DNA of 30,413 nt from Myxococcota bacterium (GTDB lineage: Bacteria > Myxococcota > JACRCW01): the NCBI GenBank assembly GCA_040752415.1, contig JBFMGU010000126.1:1-30413 (forward strand). The letters run 5' to 3'. A program made the translations under genes and the position numbers. The notes beneath the pieces were generated by a model that searched no databases, was not told the origin of the DNA, and was given only the letters and a program-made list of their open reading frames with translations. Positions 15,901-24,892 of this stretch are shown here, one piece after another (position 1 is the stretch's first letter; every line of letters starts with the position of its first letter).

Positions 15901-18235
15901 CCACCACGAACAGTTCCGCCGCGTCGAGCGTGGGAGCGGTGGGCGTCGCGGGCGCGGCGGCGCAGTGGTACCCGCTCTCGTCCACCAGGCACGCGTTCCC
16001 GGGCGGGCAGGCGGTGAGAATCGGGATCGTGTCGCACTCGTTGCCCGTGTCCAGGACGGTGTACTCGCGCACGCGGATGAGGAGGTCCGTGTCACCCTGC
16101 GCATAGGACGACGCCACGATGAAGAGCTGCGTCCCGGCCGCTTGCGGACCCAGGCGGAGGATCTCCGAGTTGATGTTGGCGTCCAGGCAGTGCGTCTCGG
16201 TGTTCGCGTCGGCGCAGGAGGTGCGCACGCTCAGCACCATGTTCCGGTCGCTAAGCAACTGGATGCGCAGGCTCGCCCCGTCCTGTTGCACCGTGTAGCT
16301 GAAGATGACGTCGGGAGCGTTCCCGTCGACGGGGTCGCCGCAGGAAGGCGTGATCACGTCCGCGGAGCCCAGCGTGGTTGCGCTCGTGAAGGTGTTGCCC
16401 AGCGCCAAGGGCGCGGCGCACTGGAGGAGCAACCCGTTGGTGCAGGTACCGCCCAGGCACTGCGTCGCGGGGCTGCACGCGGTGGCGGCGTCGCAGGTCC
16501 CATTCTCCTGCACCACGGTCAGCGTCCCCAGCGTGACACTCAGCGGCTCGCTCTCCCGGCCGGTGCTGTCCAACAACGTCACGTCGGCGCTGACCACCGC
16601 CTCACGGTTCACCATGCGCCGCCACTCGTCGGTGTCCATGGGGAAGTCGGTCACCGAGGTGAGGCCGGCGGCGGGAAAGGCCCAGCCCGGCGAGGGGTAG
16701 GTGACGACGTCGAACGCGTCGTCATGCGAGCGACGGCCAAGCCGGTAGAGCGTCACCGGGTTGCCGGTGGCGTCCTTGAACACCAGGCGCAATCCGCTCA
16801 TGTCCCCGTCGGGGTCGCTGGCGGTGAGCACCATGCGAAGCAGGTCCGCTTCGCCGTCGCCGTCGGTATCGCCCTGGAGGAGGGCCAGGCCTCCCAGCGT
16901 GGGCGCGGAGCTGTCGGCGCACTGGAGGTTGGTCGCGTCGCAGCGCAGGCCGGTGGCGCAGCGCTGGGCGGGGTTCCCCGGCTCGCAGGAATCCGTGGCC
17001 TCGCCGGGCGTGAGCTCATCCAGGGACAGCGTGAACTCGTCCTCGTAGCCGGGCAGCTCCGCCGAGACGACGATGAACAGCTCCGTCCCCTCGATGACGT
17101 CGGTGACGTAGACCTCCTCCTCGGCCTGGAAGCCCAGGAATCCGCCGCCGTCGAGGTCCGCGCACGCACGCTCCGAGCCGGGATCCGTGCAGCTCCCGCG
17201 GACCATCAAGGTCAGGTCGCTGTTCGACTCGGCCTTGACGTGGACATCCACCGGCGAGGCGGGGCCGTTTCCCTGCACCACGTAGCGGAAGATGCGCTGC
17301 CCACCCGGGTGGGCCGAGGTGCAGGATCCGGTGGTGAGTCGGGAGCGTCCCACGGTGGTGCTGGTGGTGACGGTGGCGGTGATGTCGGCAACGTTGCCGC
17401 ACACCAGGGCCAGGTTCTCGCCGGCGTTCTCACAGCGCCACGTGTTGCTGGCGTTGCTGCACTCCAGCCCGGTGCCGCAGCGGCTGGTGCGGCCCAGGGG
17501 GTCGCATTCCCCGTCGAGCGACACCACGGGACGGGTGCGCGCGTACAACGAGAACGGACCCGCGGCCCCCGGCGAGAACGCGCCCACGAGCACGCGCCGT
17601 CGCGCGCCGGGCGCCACGTCGAGGAGCTCCAGGGTCTCCACGCGGGACTCCGTGTAGCGGTCCGCGCAGGCCAGCTCGTCGCCCGCGTCACAGTCGCTCA
17701 CCATGAGACCCTGGTCGGCGCCTCCGTCGTCCAGGGTGAGGATGAGGTCGACCGGGCCGGTGGCCTGCGAGGTGAACTCGTACGCCACGTCGGGGCCGCT
17801 CCCGCCGCCAAAGGCGGTCTGGCAGCTTCCATCGAGGAGATTCTGCGCGGTGCTGGTGTCGCCGGTGTTGGGCGCGTCGAGCGCGAGGGTCGGGACGGTG
17901 TCGCAGATGCCGGGTGTGCCCGAGGAGCTGGAGGAGCTGCTGGTGCTCGTCCCCGACGACGACGAGACGGCGCTGCTGGGCGCGCCCGAGGATGACGAGG
18001 AGGAGGACGACGACGAGGATGACGAGGAGGAGGACGTGCCGCTCGAGCTGCTGCTGGTTGACTCCCCGGACGACGAGGAGCCACCCGAGCTGGTTCCACC
18101 CGTCGACGCGGCGGCGCTGTCCGAGCTTGAACCGCTGGAGTTGCCACCGGGACCAGGACACGACGGACAGGCTGCCAGGAACGGAAGAATACCCACCACC
18201 ACCGGCGTCAGCGCGCCTCTCAAGCTTCGTCTCAT
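12929..18235 (-). CDS. Giant Cys-rich modular surface lipoprotein (1768 aa)
   Basis: Lipobox FLAA-C; poly-Ser linker; about 7 repeated Cys-containing beta modules; 2 'APTL..DPDGD..SADVTL.D' modules; myxobacterial Cys-rich repeat VCGNGRVEGDELCDD.N..NGDGCD..C; C-terminal EPND..GDEDFF PPC-like domain. Confidence 0.88.
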   Translation of the reverse strand: MRRSLRGALTPVVVGILPFLAACPSCPGPGGNSSGSSSDSAAASTGGTSSGGSSSSGESTSSSSSGTSSSSSSSSSSSSSSSSGAPSSAVSSSSGTSTSSSSSSSGTPGICDTVPTLALDAPNTGDTSTAQNLLDGSCQTAFGGGSGPDVAYEFTSQATGPVDLILTLDDGGADQGLMVSDCDAGDELACADRYTESRVETLELLDVAPGARRRVLVGAFSPGAAGPFSLYARTRPVVSLDGECDPLGRTSRCGTGLECSNASNTWRCENAGENLALVCGNVADITATVTTSTTVGRSRLTTGSCTSAHPGGQRIFRYVVQGNGPASPVDVHVKAESNSDLTLMVRGSCTDPGSERACADLDGGGFLGFQAEEEVYVTDVIEGTELFIVVSAELPGYEDEFTLSLDELTPGEATDSCEPGNPAQRCATGLRCDATNLQCADSSAPTLGGLALLQGDTDGDGEADLLRMVLTASDPDGDMSGLRLVFKDATGNPVTLYRLGRRSHDDAFDVVTYPSPGWAFPAAGLTSVTDFPMDTDEWRRMVNREAVVSADVTLLDSTGRESEPLSVTLGTLTVVQENGTCDAATACSPATQCLGGTCTNGLLLQCAAPLALGNTFTSATTLGSADVITPSCGDPVDGNAPDVIFSYTVQQDGASLRIQLLSDRNMVLSVRTSCADANTETHCLDANINSEILRLGPQAAGTQLFIVASSYAQGDTDLLIRVREYTVLDTGNECDTIPILTACPPGNACLVDESGYHCAAAPATPTAPTLDAAELFVVDDDADGWVEGLRGVLDGTDPDGDAFSLEVLPRDAQGAPLLILAHSGGGGLEEFQPLVRMNSGTRGRTTFDDAVARYGGTAILNLGDLASADVTLVDAAGMRSATLNIPVNPFPVRDAGATCDPRGIRDACTLGQVCQEGTCQDQAAAELAACTAATPLQVGEVQGDSTTATNVTRSLCLAEDTVLPESTFSFTTDATHASYVTISLTQGEPHFLDLRRACAPSPADDTCGNWTTLGTQVGNRYEPGTNLFLAVAPSAPQFAGPFTLTVEELVILNQDEPCDPADPMRLCDPDLGLECLGSDQAGYTCTPPDAALQAACEAAPSLTSGEWMAGSLDNAPPITGMACGEPSSNVIYGYLTGANVADVVVEVEGPARTLVGVRYDCQYDYAEAACEAIPDNATQHALMLYNVQAQQPLAVVIGGGVDDQGAPIGGPLNVRITERPVLPPGSACDPFRLQNRCDDDSGIPHACAPDGQGGHTCQDAGTAAQNACADATPLVHGDLVQSTLTDGAVTVMACYERGVAQAFYRYTTSATLSDVVVRLTGGNMALSIRDAAFCTSAFFEQACGVTTETDTERGLLLANVGAGTSLSVLVAGGYNPLDGTNVAPGPYELVLYEREVLDADQPCDPAGLDNRCQPSQVCAPDGGGGHVCTNRPDPVTTCNAGALLETGVPTVGTTVGAGDQLDNACAVSVTLPETFFRYTVSGTASDFRDVFVEVAGDPHTIQIFGDCTQGVQGCGFADNGVARANANNFAGGSTVYIGVEPFGPYGTEPVPGDFEITIRERFVMALGEPCDPDEVDTRCADGLCLLDDLSAYVCAHPVCGNGRVEGDELCDDTNTSNGDGCDDTCFPEAIPEPEPNDDGAPSTAGGEFGDDFPAAAQPVPSVVFISGAITPAGDEDFFYVANPAEDTALRVRAELYGASGRAVPCDSPDLRLNLYSPDGFPLGGGLPLGNACSAVIIDIPPVYGVHFQVMGADDSVAAGSYTLLIRPD
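17920..18145 (-). repeat. Coding low-complexity poly-Ser/Gly linker
   Basis: GAG/GAC/GAT triplet runs on the + strand are Ser codons on the minus strand within the giant lipoprotein. Boundaries are approximate. Confidence 0.75.
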
Positions 18236-18381
18236 GGGTGCGACCCTCGACCAGGCCCCCGGAGTTCCGTTGTCGGATCATCCCGGCGGGCGGCGGGGCA
18301 TGCTCTTCCACGCCCCCATCGCAGTCAACGCGCTCGTCGCCGTGTGTGCGTTCCATCACGGGCGTGCTAAGGCCGCGGGCC

Positions 18382-19149
18382 ATGAAGCTTGTGACGTGGA
18401 ACGTCAACTCCATCCGCGCGCGCAAGGAGCGTGCGTTGGCGTGGCTGCAGAAGAACCAGCCCGACGTGGTGTGCCTGCAGGAGCTGAAGACGGAGGAAGC
18501 GGGCGTCCCCGTCGAGGAATTCGCCGCGCTGGGCTACTCCGTCGCCATGACCTGCCAGCGCACCTACAACGGCGTGGCCATCCTCTCCCGCACGCCCATC
18601 TCCGACGTGGTGGTGGGGCTGCAGGATGACGTGGATGACCCGCAGGCGCGCCTCATTGCCGGCACCGTCGGGGACATTCGCATCATCTGTGCCTATATGC
18701 CCAATGGCCAGACCGTGGGCTCCGAGAAGTACACGTACAAGCTGGAGTGGATGCAGCGGCTGCGTCGCTACCTGCACGCGCGCTGCGACCTGGCGCGACC
18801 GCTGGCGTTGTGCGGTGACTTCAACGTGGCTCCCGACGAGCGCGACGTGCAGTTCCCCGACCAATGGGCTGGTGAGGTGCTGTTCCACCAGGACGCGCGC
18901 GACGCACTGGAGCGCCTCCGCGCGCTGGGTCTCGTTGACACGTTCCGCATCCATCACCAGGAGGGCGGGCTGTACAGCTGGTGGGACTACCGCATGTTGG
19001 CGTTCCCCAAGAACAACGGGCTGCGCATTGACCACGTCTTCGCCACGCCGTCGTTGGCGGAGCGCTGCACCGAAGCCGTCATCGACCGGCAGGAGCGCAA
19101 GGGCAAGCAGCCGTCCGATCACGCGCCGGTGGTGGTCACGTTCCGCTGA
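18382..19149 (+). CDS. xth: Exodeoxyribonuclease III (AP endonuclease)
   Basis: MKLVTWNVNSIRAR, VVCLQELK, YNGVAILSR, YMPNG, GDFNVA, YSWWDYR, GLRIDH and SDHAPV. Confidence 0.96.
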   Translation: MKLVTWNVNSIRARKERALAWLQKNQPDVVCLQELKTEEAGVPVEEFAALGYSVAMTCQRTYNGVAILSRTPISDVVVGLQDDVDDPQARLIAGTVGDIRIICAYMPNGQTVGSEKYTYKLEWMQRLRRYLHARCDLARPLALCGDFNVAPDERDVQFPDQWAGEVLFHQDARDALERLRALGLVDTFRIHHQEGGLYSWWDYRMLAFPKNNGLRIDHVFATPSLAERCTEAVIDRQERKGKQPSDHAPVVVTFR

Positions 19150-20180
19150 TGCGTCGCGTGGTGGTGCACCGGCCCGGCGGCTACGCGCGGCTCGTCGTTG
19201 AGGACGCGCCGGACGTGGTTCCCCGGGAAGGCGAAGTGACCATCGACGTGGAGGCCGCCGGGGTCAACTACGCGGACTGCATGGTGCGCATGGGGCTCTA
19301 CGCTTCCGCGCGCAAGTACGTGGGCTGGCCCATCACGCCGGGATTCGAGGTGGCGGGGCGGGTGCGGGCGGTGGGAGCGGGCACAACGGGGTTTTCCGTC
19401 GGAGAAGAAGTCTTCGCGGTCACCCGCTTTGGCGGCTACGCCTCGCAGCTGTGCGTCCCCGCGCACCAGGTCTTCCGTCCCCCGCGCGGCTGGACCGCGG
19501 TGCAGGCGGCGGGATTTCCCACCGTGTTCCTGACCGCGTACCACGCGCTCTTCCACCTGGCGCACGCGCGCCGTGACGACGTGATCCTGGTGCATTCCGC
19601 CGCCGGGGGCGTGGGCGGTGCGCTGGTGCAGCTGGGGAAGTTGCGGGGGTGTCGCGTGGTGGGCGTGGTGGGCGGGACGCACAAGGTGGAAGCGGTGCGG
19701 GAACTGGGGGCGCATCACGTCATCGACAAGTCGCGCGAGGACCTGTGGAGCGCCGCACGTCGGCAGGCGCCCGAGGGTTACGACGTGGTGCTGGACGCCA
19801 ACGGGGTTTCCACGCTGCGCGAGAGCTTCAACCACCTCCGTCCGACGGGAAGGCTGGTGGTCTACGGATTCCACTCGATGATTCCCCGTCGTGGCGGGAA
19901 ACCGGACTGGCTCAAGCTGGCCTGGGACTGGCTGCGCACGCCGCGGTTCAATCCGCTGGACATGACGGGAACCAACCGCAGCGTGATGGCCTTCAACCTC
20001 AGCTACCTCTTCGAGCGCGCGGACCTCCTCGACGAGGCGATGCGCGACCTGATGCGCTGGGTGGACGAGGGGAAGATCCACCCGCTCAAGGTGACGACGT
20101 ATCCGCTGGCCTCCGTGGCGGATGCACACCGCGACCTGGAATCCGGGAAGACGGTGGGGAAGCTGGTGCTGGTGACGTGA
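19149..20180 (+). CDS. Zinc-independent MDR oxidoreductase (VAT-1 / quinone reductase-like)
   Basis: GVNYAD, PGFEVAG, HSAAGGVG nucleotide-binding motif and C-terminal GKTVGKLVL. Overlaps the xth stop (TGATG). Confidence 0.9.
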   Translation: MRRVVVHRPGGYARLVVEDAPDVVPREGEVTIDVEAAGVNYADCMVRMGLYASARKYVGWPITPGFEVAGRVRAVGAGTTGFSVGEEVFAVTRFGGYASQLCVPAHQVFRPPRGWTAVQAAGFPTVFLTAYHALFHLAHARRDDVILVHSAAGGVGGALVQLGKLRGCRVVGVVGGTHKVEAVRELGAHHVIDKSREDLWSAARRQAPEGYDVVLDANGVSTLRESFNHLRPTGRLVVYGFHSMIPRRGGKPDWLKLAWDWLRTPRFNPLDMTGTNRSVMAFNLSYLFERADLLDEAMRDLMRWVDEGKIHPLKVTTYPLASVADAHRDLESGKTVGKLVLVT

Positions 20181-20210
20181 TATGGTGGGCGCCCTTCGTC
20201 GGAGATTCCC

Positions 20211-21038
20211 GTGAAGCAGATGCTGTTGGTGCTGGGAGCGTTGTCGCTGACGACGTGCGCGCAGCAATCCTCGCCGCCGCCCGACGCGGTCACGGGTCTG
20301 CAGGGCGTGGCGACGGAGGCGGGGAGCCTGGCCGGGACCTGGGGCATGGTGGTGGAGCTGGCCACCATCCTGACCCTGCCGGTGTTCGGCGACCGCAACG
20401 CGGGGAGCCAGAACCTGTGGCTGGTGACGCGCAGCTGGGATGCGTCGGCGGGCGTGTACCGGGACTCGTTCGTGTGGTGCGACCTGGAGGTCTGGGAGGT
20501 GGAGGGCAACAAGCTCACCGTTTCCCCTGAGACGCTGCACAAGCATCCGGCGGTTCATTTCTCGTCGACGGTGGACCACGCGAGCGGCAGCATGAAGGCG
20601 GAGCACGTGCTGGACATCTGGGGTCTGCGCAACCTGCCGGACCCGTACAACACCGAGCTGCCCACGCGGCACAACTGGGAGCAATCCCCGCAGCGCGACT
20701 GGATCTACGACGAGGACGAGGACGGAAAGCCCGCCACCACGGGGCACACCACCGGCGCCGCGGCGGGCGAGGTGTACCAGGTGGTGCGCGGCATCTACAC
20801 GTTCGACGCCACCGTGATCGGCCCCGATAGGATTCAGGGCCTGACGACGATGGAGAAGTACGAGCAGAACGTCATCGACGCCACGAACCCGCTGGCGGAG
20901 GGAGAGAGCAAGGTGCGCCAGGATCCGGACCCACGGAACACCTGGCTGGACATGGCCCGCCTGCGGGAGGGCGCCACCTGCGACGACGCCATCCAAGCGC
21001 GCGCCGACGGCCGCCTCTCCGCCACCCGCCCATTCTGA
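20211..21038 (+). CDS. Putative lipoprotein of unknown function
   Basis: GGAG RBS; signal peptide ending LTT-C; acidic DEDEDGKP loop. Confidence 0.72.
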   Translation: MKQMLLVLGALSLTTCAQQSSPPPDAVTGLQGVATEAGSLAGTWGMVVELATILTLPVFGDRNAGSQNLWLVTRSWDASAGVYRDSFVWCDLEVWEVEGNKLTVSPETLHKHPAVHFSSTVDHASGSMKAEHVLDIWGLRNLPDPYNTELPTRHNWEQSPQRDWIYDEDEDGKPATTGHTTGAAAGEVYQVVRGIYTFDATVIGPDRIQGLTTMEKYEQNVIDATNPLAEGESKVRQDPDPRNTWLDMARLREGATCDDAIQARADGRLSATRPF

Positions 21039-21054
21039 CAGGTGGCCGCAGCCC

Positions 21055-21870
21055 TCACGACCACGCGCGGAGGTGCGCGAGGATGGCCTCGTGCACGGCG
21101 CCGGGATGCGTCATGGGCAGCATGTGCCCCGCGCCCGGGATCGTCGTCAGCGTGGCCATGGGAATCAGCTCGCCCAGTCTTTCCGTGACCCAACGCGCGC
21201 AGCGCGGCCCCGCGTCGCCGCGCACCATCAACGTGGGCGCCGGGATGGCGGCGTAGCGTTCTCGCTGGTCGGGCAGCGCGAAGATCTCTTCCCACCCGCG
21301 GTACACCTTGCGGATGTTCCCGGCGATGGCGGCGCGATTGTTCGGCGGCAGCACCTCCCACGGAACCGGCTGCAACCAGTAGCCGCAGAACGCACGCGCG
21401 GCCTCCGCCTCGTCGTCACGCTGCAGCGCCTGGCCACACCGCTCCGTCATGTCCACCAGGTCCGGGTGCTCCCCCAGCCGCCCCTCGACGACGAGCACAT
21501 CCATGGCCACCGGCTCCAGCAGCACCACCGAGCGCACCAGCTCCGGCAGCCGCGACGCCACACGCAACGCCTGCACGCCGCCGTAGGAGTGCCCCACCAC
21601 GTGCACCGGCGCGCCCACGTGACGGATGAGCGCCACCGTCACCTCCGTCTCCAGGTCCAGCACCGACGAGGAGAACAGGTCCGCCGGCCGCGGCGTGCGA
21701 CCATCTCCAGGGAAATCCGGCGCCAGCACGCGGTAGCGCTCGCCCAACGCCGCGCCCAGGCCCTTCCACTGCGACCCTGGCGCCGCCCCCGCGGGCAGGC
21801 ACACCACGCCCTGGCCCTGGCCCCAGTCCTCGAAGTGCATCACCAGGTTGCGCACCGGCAATTGCGGCAT
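21055..21870 (-). CDS. Alpha/beta hydrolase (Ser nucleophile)
   Basis: APDFPGDG, GHSYGG nucleophile elbow and GAGHM catalytic His. Confidence 0.88.
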   Translation of the reverse strand: MPQLPVRNLVMHFEDWGQGQGVVCLPAGAAPGSQWKGLGAALGERYRVLAPDFPGDGRTPRPADLFSSSVLDLETEVTVALIRHVGAPVHVVGHSYGGVQALRVASRLPELVRSVVLLEPVAMDVLVVEGRLGEHPDLVDMTERCGQALQRDDEAEAARAFCGYWLQPVPWEVLPPNNRAAIAGNIRKVYRGWEEIFALPDQRERYAAIPAPTLMVRGDAGPRCARWVTERLGELIPMATLTTIPGAGHMLPMTHPGAVHEAILAHLRAWS

Positions 21871-21980
21871 GCGCCGTTGCTACCACAGCCGTGGACCCGG
21901 ACGGCGCCATTGAATCCTCCGCCAAAACCCCGCATCTCACCTGGCAGGTGCAAGCACGCACCGGGAACCGAGAGGGCGTC

Positions 21981-22367
21981 ATGGCTGGGCACACCGTGGA
22001 GATTCACAAGGCGGATTTCGTGGAGAAGGTGAAGGGCTCACCCACGCTCCTCATTGACTGGTGGGCGCCGTGGTGTGGGCCGTGTCGGGCGTTCGCTCCC
22101 GCGTACGAGCGCGTGGCGGAGAAGAACCCGGACATCGTGTTTGCCAAGATCAACACCGAGGACGACCCGGAGCTGGCGGAGGCGTTCCAGATCCGTTCCA
22201 TCCCCACGCTCATGGTCTTCCGCGACGGAATCCTGATCTTCCAGCAGGCCGGCGCGCTGCCGGAGAAGGTGCTGGAGGAGCTCATCGGCAAGGTGCGTGA
22301 AGTCGACATGGATGACGTCCGCAAGCACATCGCCGAGGAGGAGAAGAAGGCCGCGCCCCAGGCGTGA
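21981..22367 (+). CDS. Thioredoxin
   Basis: WAPWCGPC active site, IRSIPTL cis-Pro motif and QAGALP; GAGG RBS. Confidence 0.95.
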   Translation: MAGHTVEIHKADFVEKVKGSPTLLIDWWAPWCGPCRAFAPAYERVAEKNPDIVFAKINTEDDPELAEAFQIRSIPTLMVFRDGILIFQQAGALPEKVLEELIGKVREVDMDDVRKHIAEEEKKAAPQA

Positions 22368-23272
22368 CCGGCGTGCACGAACGCGCTACAGCTGCGCCCA
22401 TGGCGCTGGTCCACCGTGACGTCGTCACCAACGGCATCCACATGCACGTGGCGGAGCAGGGCGCGGGACCGCCGGTGATCCTGCTGCACGGCTGGCCGGA
22501 GTCGTGGTTCTGCTGGCGTCATCAGCTGCCTTCGCTGGCGCGCGCTGGCTTCCGCGTGGTGGCCCCGGACCTGCGCGGCTTTGGTGACACCGACGCCCCC
22601 GACGACGTCACGCAGTACGGCGTGCACACCCTGGTGGCCGATGTCACCGGGATGATGGACGCGCTGCACATCGACGGCGCGGTGGTGGTGGGCCATGACC
22701 TGGGCGGCTACCTGGCCTGGCACCTGGCGCTGTTGGCGCCGGAGCGCGTGCGCGCGGTGGTGTCCTTGAACACGCCGTGGCGAGGGCGCGGGTTGTTCCG
22801 TCCCACCGCGGAGTTCCGTCGGGACCCCACCGGGCGCTTCAACTACATCCTGGAGTTCCAGGTGCCGGAGGTCCCCGAGCGCCAGCTCATGTCCGACGTG
22901 GGCGCGAGCCTGGACCGCGTGGTGGAGCTGGTGGCGCATCACAAGGAGTTCTGGACCCCGGAGGTGCGTCAGGCCTACGTGCAGTCGTTCCAGAGGGGCC
23001 GGATGCGCTGCCTCCACTGGTACCGCAACCTGGACCGCAACTGGGCGGAGACGTCGTCACTGGCCGGCAGGACCGTCACGCAGCCCGCGCTCATGATCAC
23101 CGCGGAGCATGACCCGGTGCTCACACCCTCGTCGGCGGCGGGCATGGAGCGTCACGTTCCCAACCTCACCGTGAAGCTGGTGCGCGACTGCGGTCACTTC
23201 ACGCAGCAGGAGAAACCCGTCGTGGTCAACCGCCTGCTGCGCGCTTTCCTCCGTCAGGTGTATTCCCGCTGA
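22364..23272 (+). CDS. Epoxide hydrolase-like alpha/beta hydrolase
   Basis: HGWP, PDLRGFGDT, GHDLG (Asp nucleophile), cap tyrosines (FNYI, HWYRN), EHDPV and GHFTQQEKP. GTGA overlap with the thioredoxin stop; alternative start 22400. Confidence 0.88.
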   Translation: MTGVHERATAAPMALVHRDVVTNGIHMHVAEQGAGPPVILLHGWPESWFCWRHQLPSLARAGFRVVAPDLRGFGDTDAPDDVTQYGVHTLVADVTGMMDALHIDGAVVVGHDLGGYLAWHLALLAPERVRAVVSLNTPWRGRGLFRPTAEFRRDPTGRFNYILEFQVPEVPERQLMSDVGASLDRVVELVAHHKEFWTPEVRQAYVQSFQRGRMRCLHWYRNLDRNWAETSSLAGRTVTQPALMITAEHDPVLTPSSAAGMERHVPNLTVKLVRDCGHFTQQEKPVVVNRLLRAFLRQVYSR

Positions 23273-23337
23273 GCCATCACGGACCTCAACCGCTCCTCAG
23301 GTGAAATGTGCGGCCCACGGAACGGGTTGCGCGGGGC

Positions 23338-24027
23338 ATGATTGAAGGCTTTGGCGATGTGGAGCTGCCACGCCGGGAGCTCGTGGTCGACGACCTCGGG
23401 TTCCCGGCGTCCGTGTTGTACGTGGCGTTGGGGGACTCCACCGGTGTGGGGGTGGGCGCCCACGACGGCGGATACGTGGACCGGTTGTTCAACCGCATGC
23501 GTCACGCGCGCCCGGTGTCCCAGCTCATCAACCTGTGCCAATGCGCCGCGGGAACCGAGCAGGTCCTGCAGGAACAGCTGCCCCGCGCCCTGGAGCACCG
23601 GCCCAGCCTCTGGACGTTGGGCGTGGGCATCAACGACATCACCCGCATGGCCGACCTTGACGAGATGGTGGGCCACTTCGGCGAGATCCTGCGCGGCTTG
23701 CGTGGTCACGCCGAGGCCCCGGTGGTGACGTGGAACATCCCGTGTGTGTTGCACGCGCCGGGCATCCCCCCGCACCTGCGCGCGCTGCTGGATGCCCACG
23801 TGGCGGAGTGCAACGAGGAGCTGCAGCGCGCGGCGGCGCGGCATCCCGGCGTCATGCTGGTGGACGTCTACGAGCCCACCCGGCGCGAGCTGGCGCTGCA
23901 CCCGGAGTACTTCTCCGACGACGGATTCCATCCCTCCGACGCGGGCTACGAGTATTGCGTGGAGCTGTTGTGGCCGGTGGTCCGCGACGCGTTGATGGCG
24001 CGCACCACGCGGGAGGCCGCGGGTTGA
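23338..24027 (+). CDS. SGNH/GDSL hydrolase (lipase/esterase)
   Basis: YVALGDS (block I), GVGIND (block III) and DGFHPS (block V). Start uncertain (23308 or 23338). Confidence 0.88.
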   Translation: MIEGFGDVELPRRELVVDDLGFPASVLYVALGDSTGVGVGAHDGGYVDRLFNRMRHARPVSQLINLCQCAAGTEQVLQEQLPRALEHRPSLWTLGVGINDITRMADLDEMVGHFGEILRGLRGHAEAPVVTWNIPCVLHAPGIPPHLRALLDAHVAECNEELQRAAARHPGVMLVDVYEPTRRELALHPEYFSDDGFHPSDAGYEYCVELLWPVVRDALMARTTREAAG

Positions 24028-24033
24028 AGGCCC

Positions 24034-24738
24034 TCAGCCGTGTGGCGCCGACGGCGGAGAGGGCAGGCCGCATGCGCGGTTGGCGGGCACCGCCTCGTGG
24101 ATCTTCTTGGGCGGCGGAAGGTTCAGGTTGGCCATGATCTCCATGAACTGCTCCCGCGTCTTGCCGGCCACGCGCGGGTTGTGACGCTTCTCCTCCCCAA
24201 TGGTCGTCGAGGTCATGCCCTTGTAGTCATGGGCGGGGTAGACCTCCGTGTCGTCGGGGAGTGAGAACAACACGCGCGTGATGCTGTCGTAGAGGTCGCT
24301 GGCGTTGCCGTTCTGGAAGTCGGTGCGGCCGTTGCCGCGGATGAGCAGCGCGTCTCCGGTGAACACGCGGTTGCCCACCAGGTAGCTCACGCTGTCGTCG
24401 GTGTGACCGGGGGTGGCCAGCACGCGGATCTCCAACGCGCCCACCTTGAGGACCTCCCCGTGCTTCATGTGCAGGTCCACGCACGGCGCGGCCAGCGTGC
24501 CCGCCCCGGTCCGACACTTCAGGCGCTCCCGCAGCAGTCCCGCCGCCGTCACATGGTCCGCGTGGATGTGCGTCTCCAGCACCACGTCGAGCGTGAGGCC
24601 CAGCTCGTGGAGCAGCTTCACGTCGCGGTCGAGCTGCTCCCGCACCGGGTCAATGAGCACCGCCTGGCGGCTTTGCTCGTCGCCAAGCAGGTAGGTGTAC
24701 GTGGAGCTTTCCGGGTCGAAGAGCTGGCGGAACAGCAT
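24034..24738 (-). CDS. Persulfide dioxygenase, ETHE1-like MBL-fold protein
   Basis: MLFRQLFD..STYTYLL, ETHIHADH, TPGHT, FTGDALLIRG.GRTDFQ, YPAHDY and C-terminal PAN..CG; GGAGG RBS. Confidence 0.92.
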   Translation of the reverse strand: MLFRQLFDPESSTYTYLLGDEQSRQAVLIDPVREQLDRDVKLLHELGLTLDVVLETHIHADHVTAAGLLRERLKCRTGAGTLAAPCVDLHMKHGEVLKVGALEIRVLATPGHTDDSVSYLVGNRVFTGDALLIRGNGRTDFQNGNASDLYDSITRVLFSLPDDTEVYPAHDYKGMTSTTIGEEKRHNPRVAGKTREQFMEIMANLNLPPPKKIHEAVPANRACGLPSPPSAPHG

Positions 24739-24892
24739 CTGGCATCCTCCGGCTGACGTCGGGTGCGAGGGGGTGCTTGCCACCGGCGTGATCCGGGCGT
24801 CAAGGCGTGGGATCCGGAGGACGACGTTGCACCGCAAGGGTTGCGCCATGGCTTGTGGTGACGCCGCCGGCTCAACGGTTATAAGCACCCGC

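Noticed and set aside
13958..17995. 1345-aa plus-strand ORF
   Set aside because: Antisense shadow of the giant lipoprotein; Arg/Gly/Ala/Val-rich with no domain features.
17703..18629. ORF with a striking poly-Asp/Glu tract
   Set aside because: The acidic tract is the reverse-strand reading of the poly-Ser linker, and the ORF overlaps two well-supported genes.
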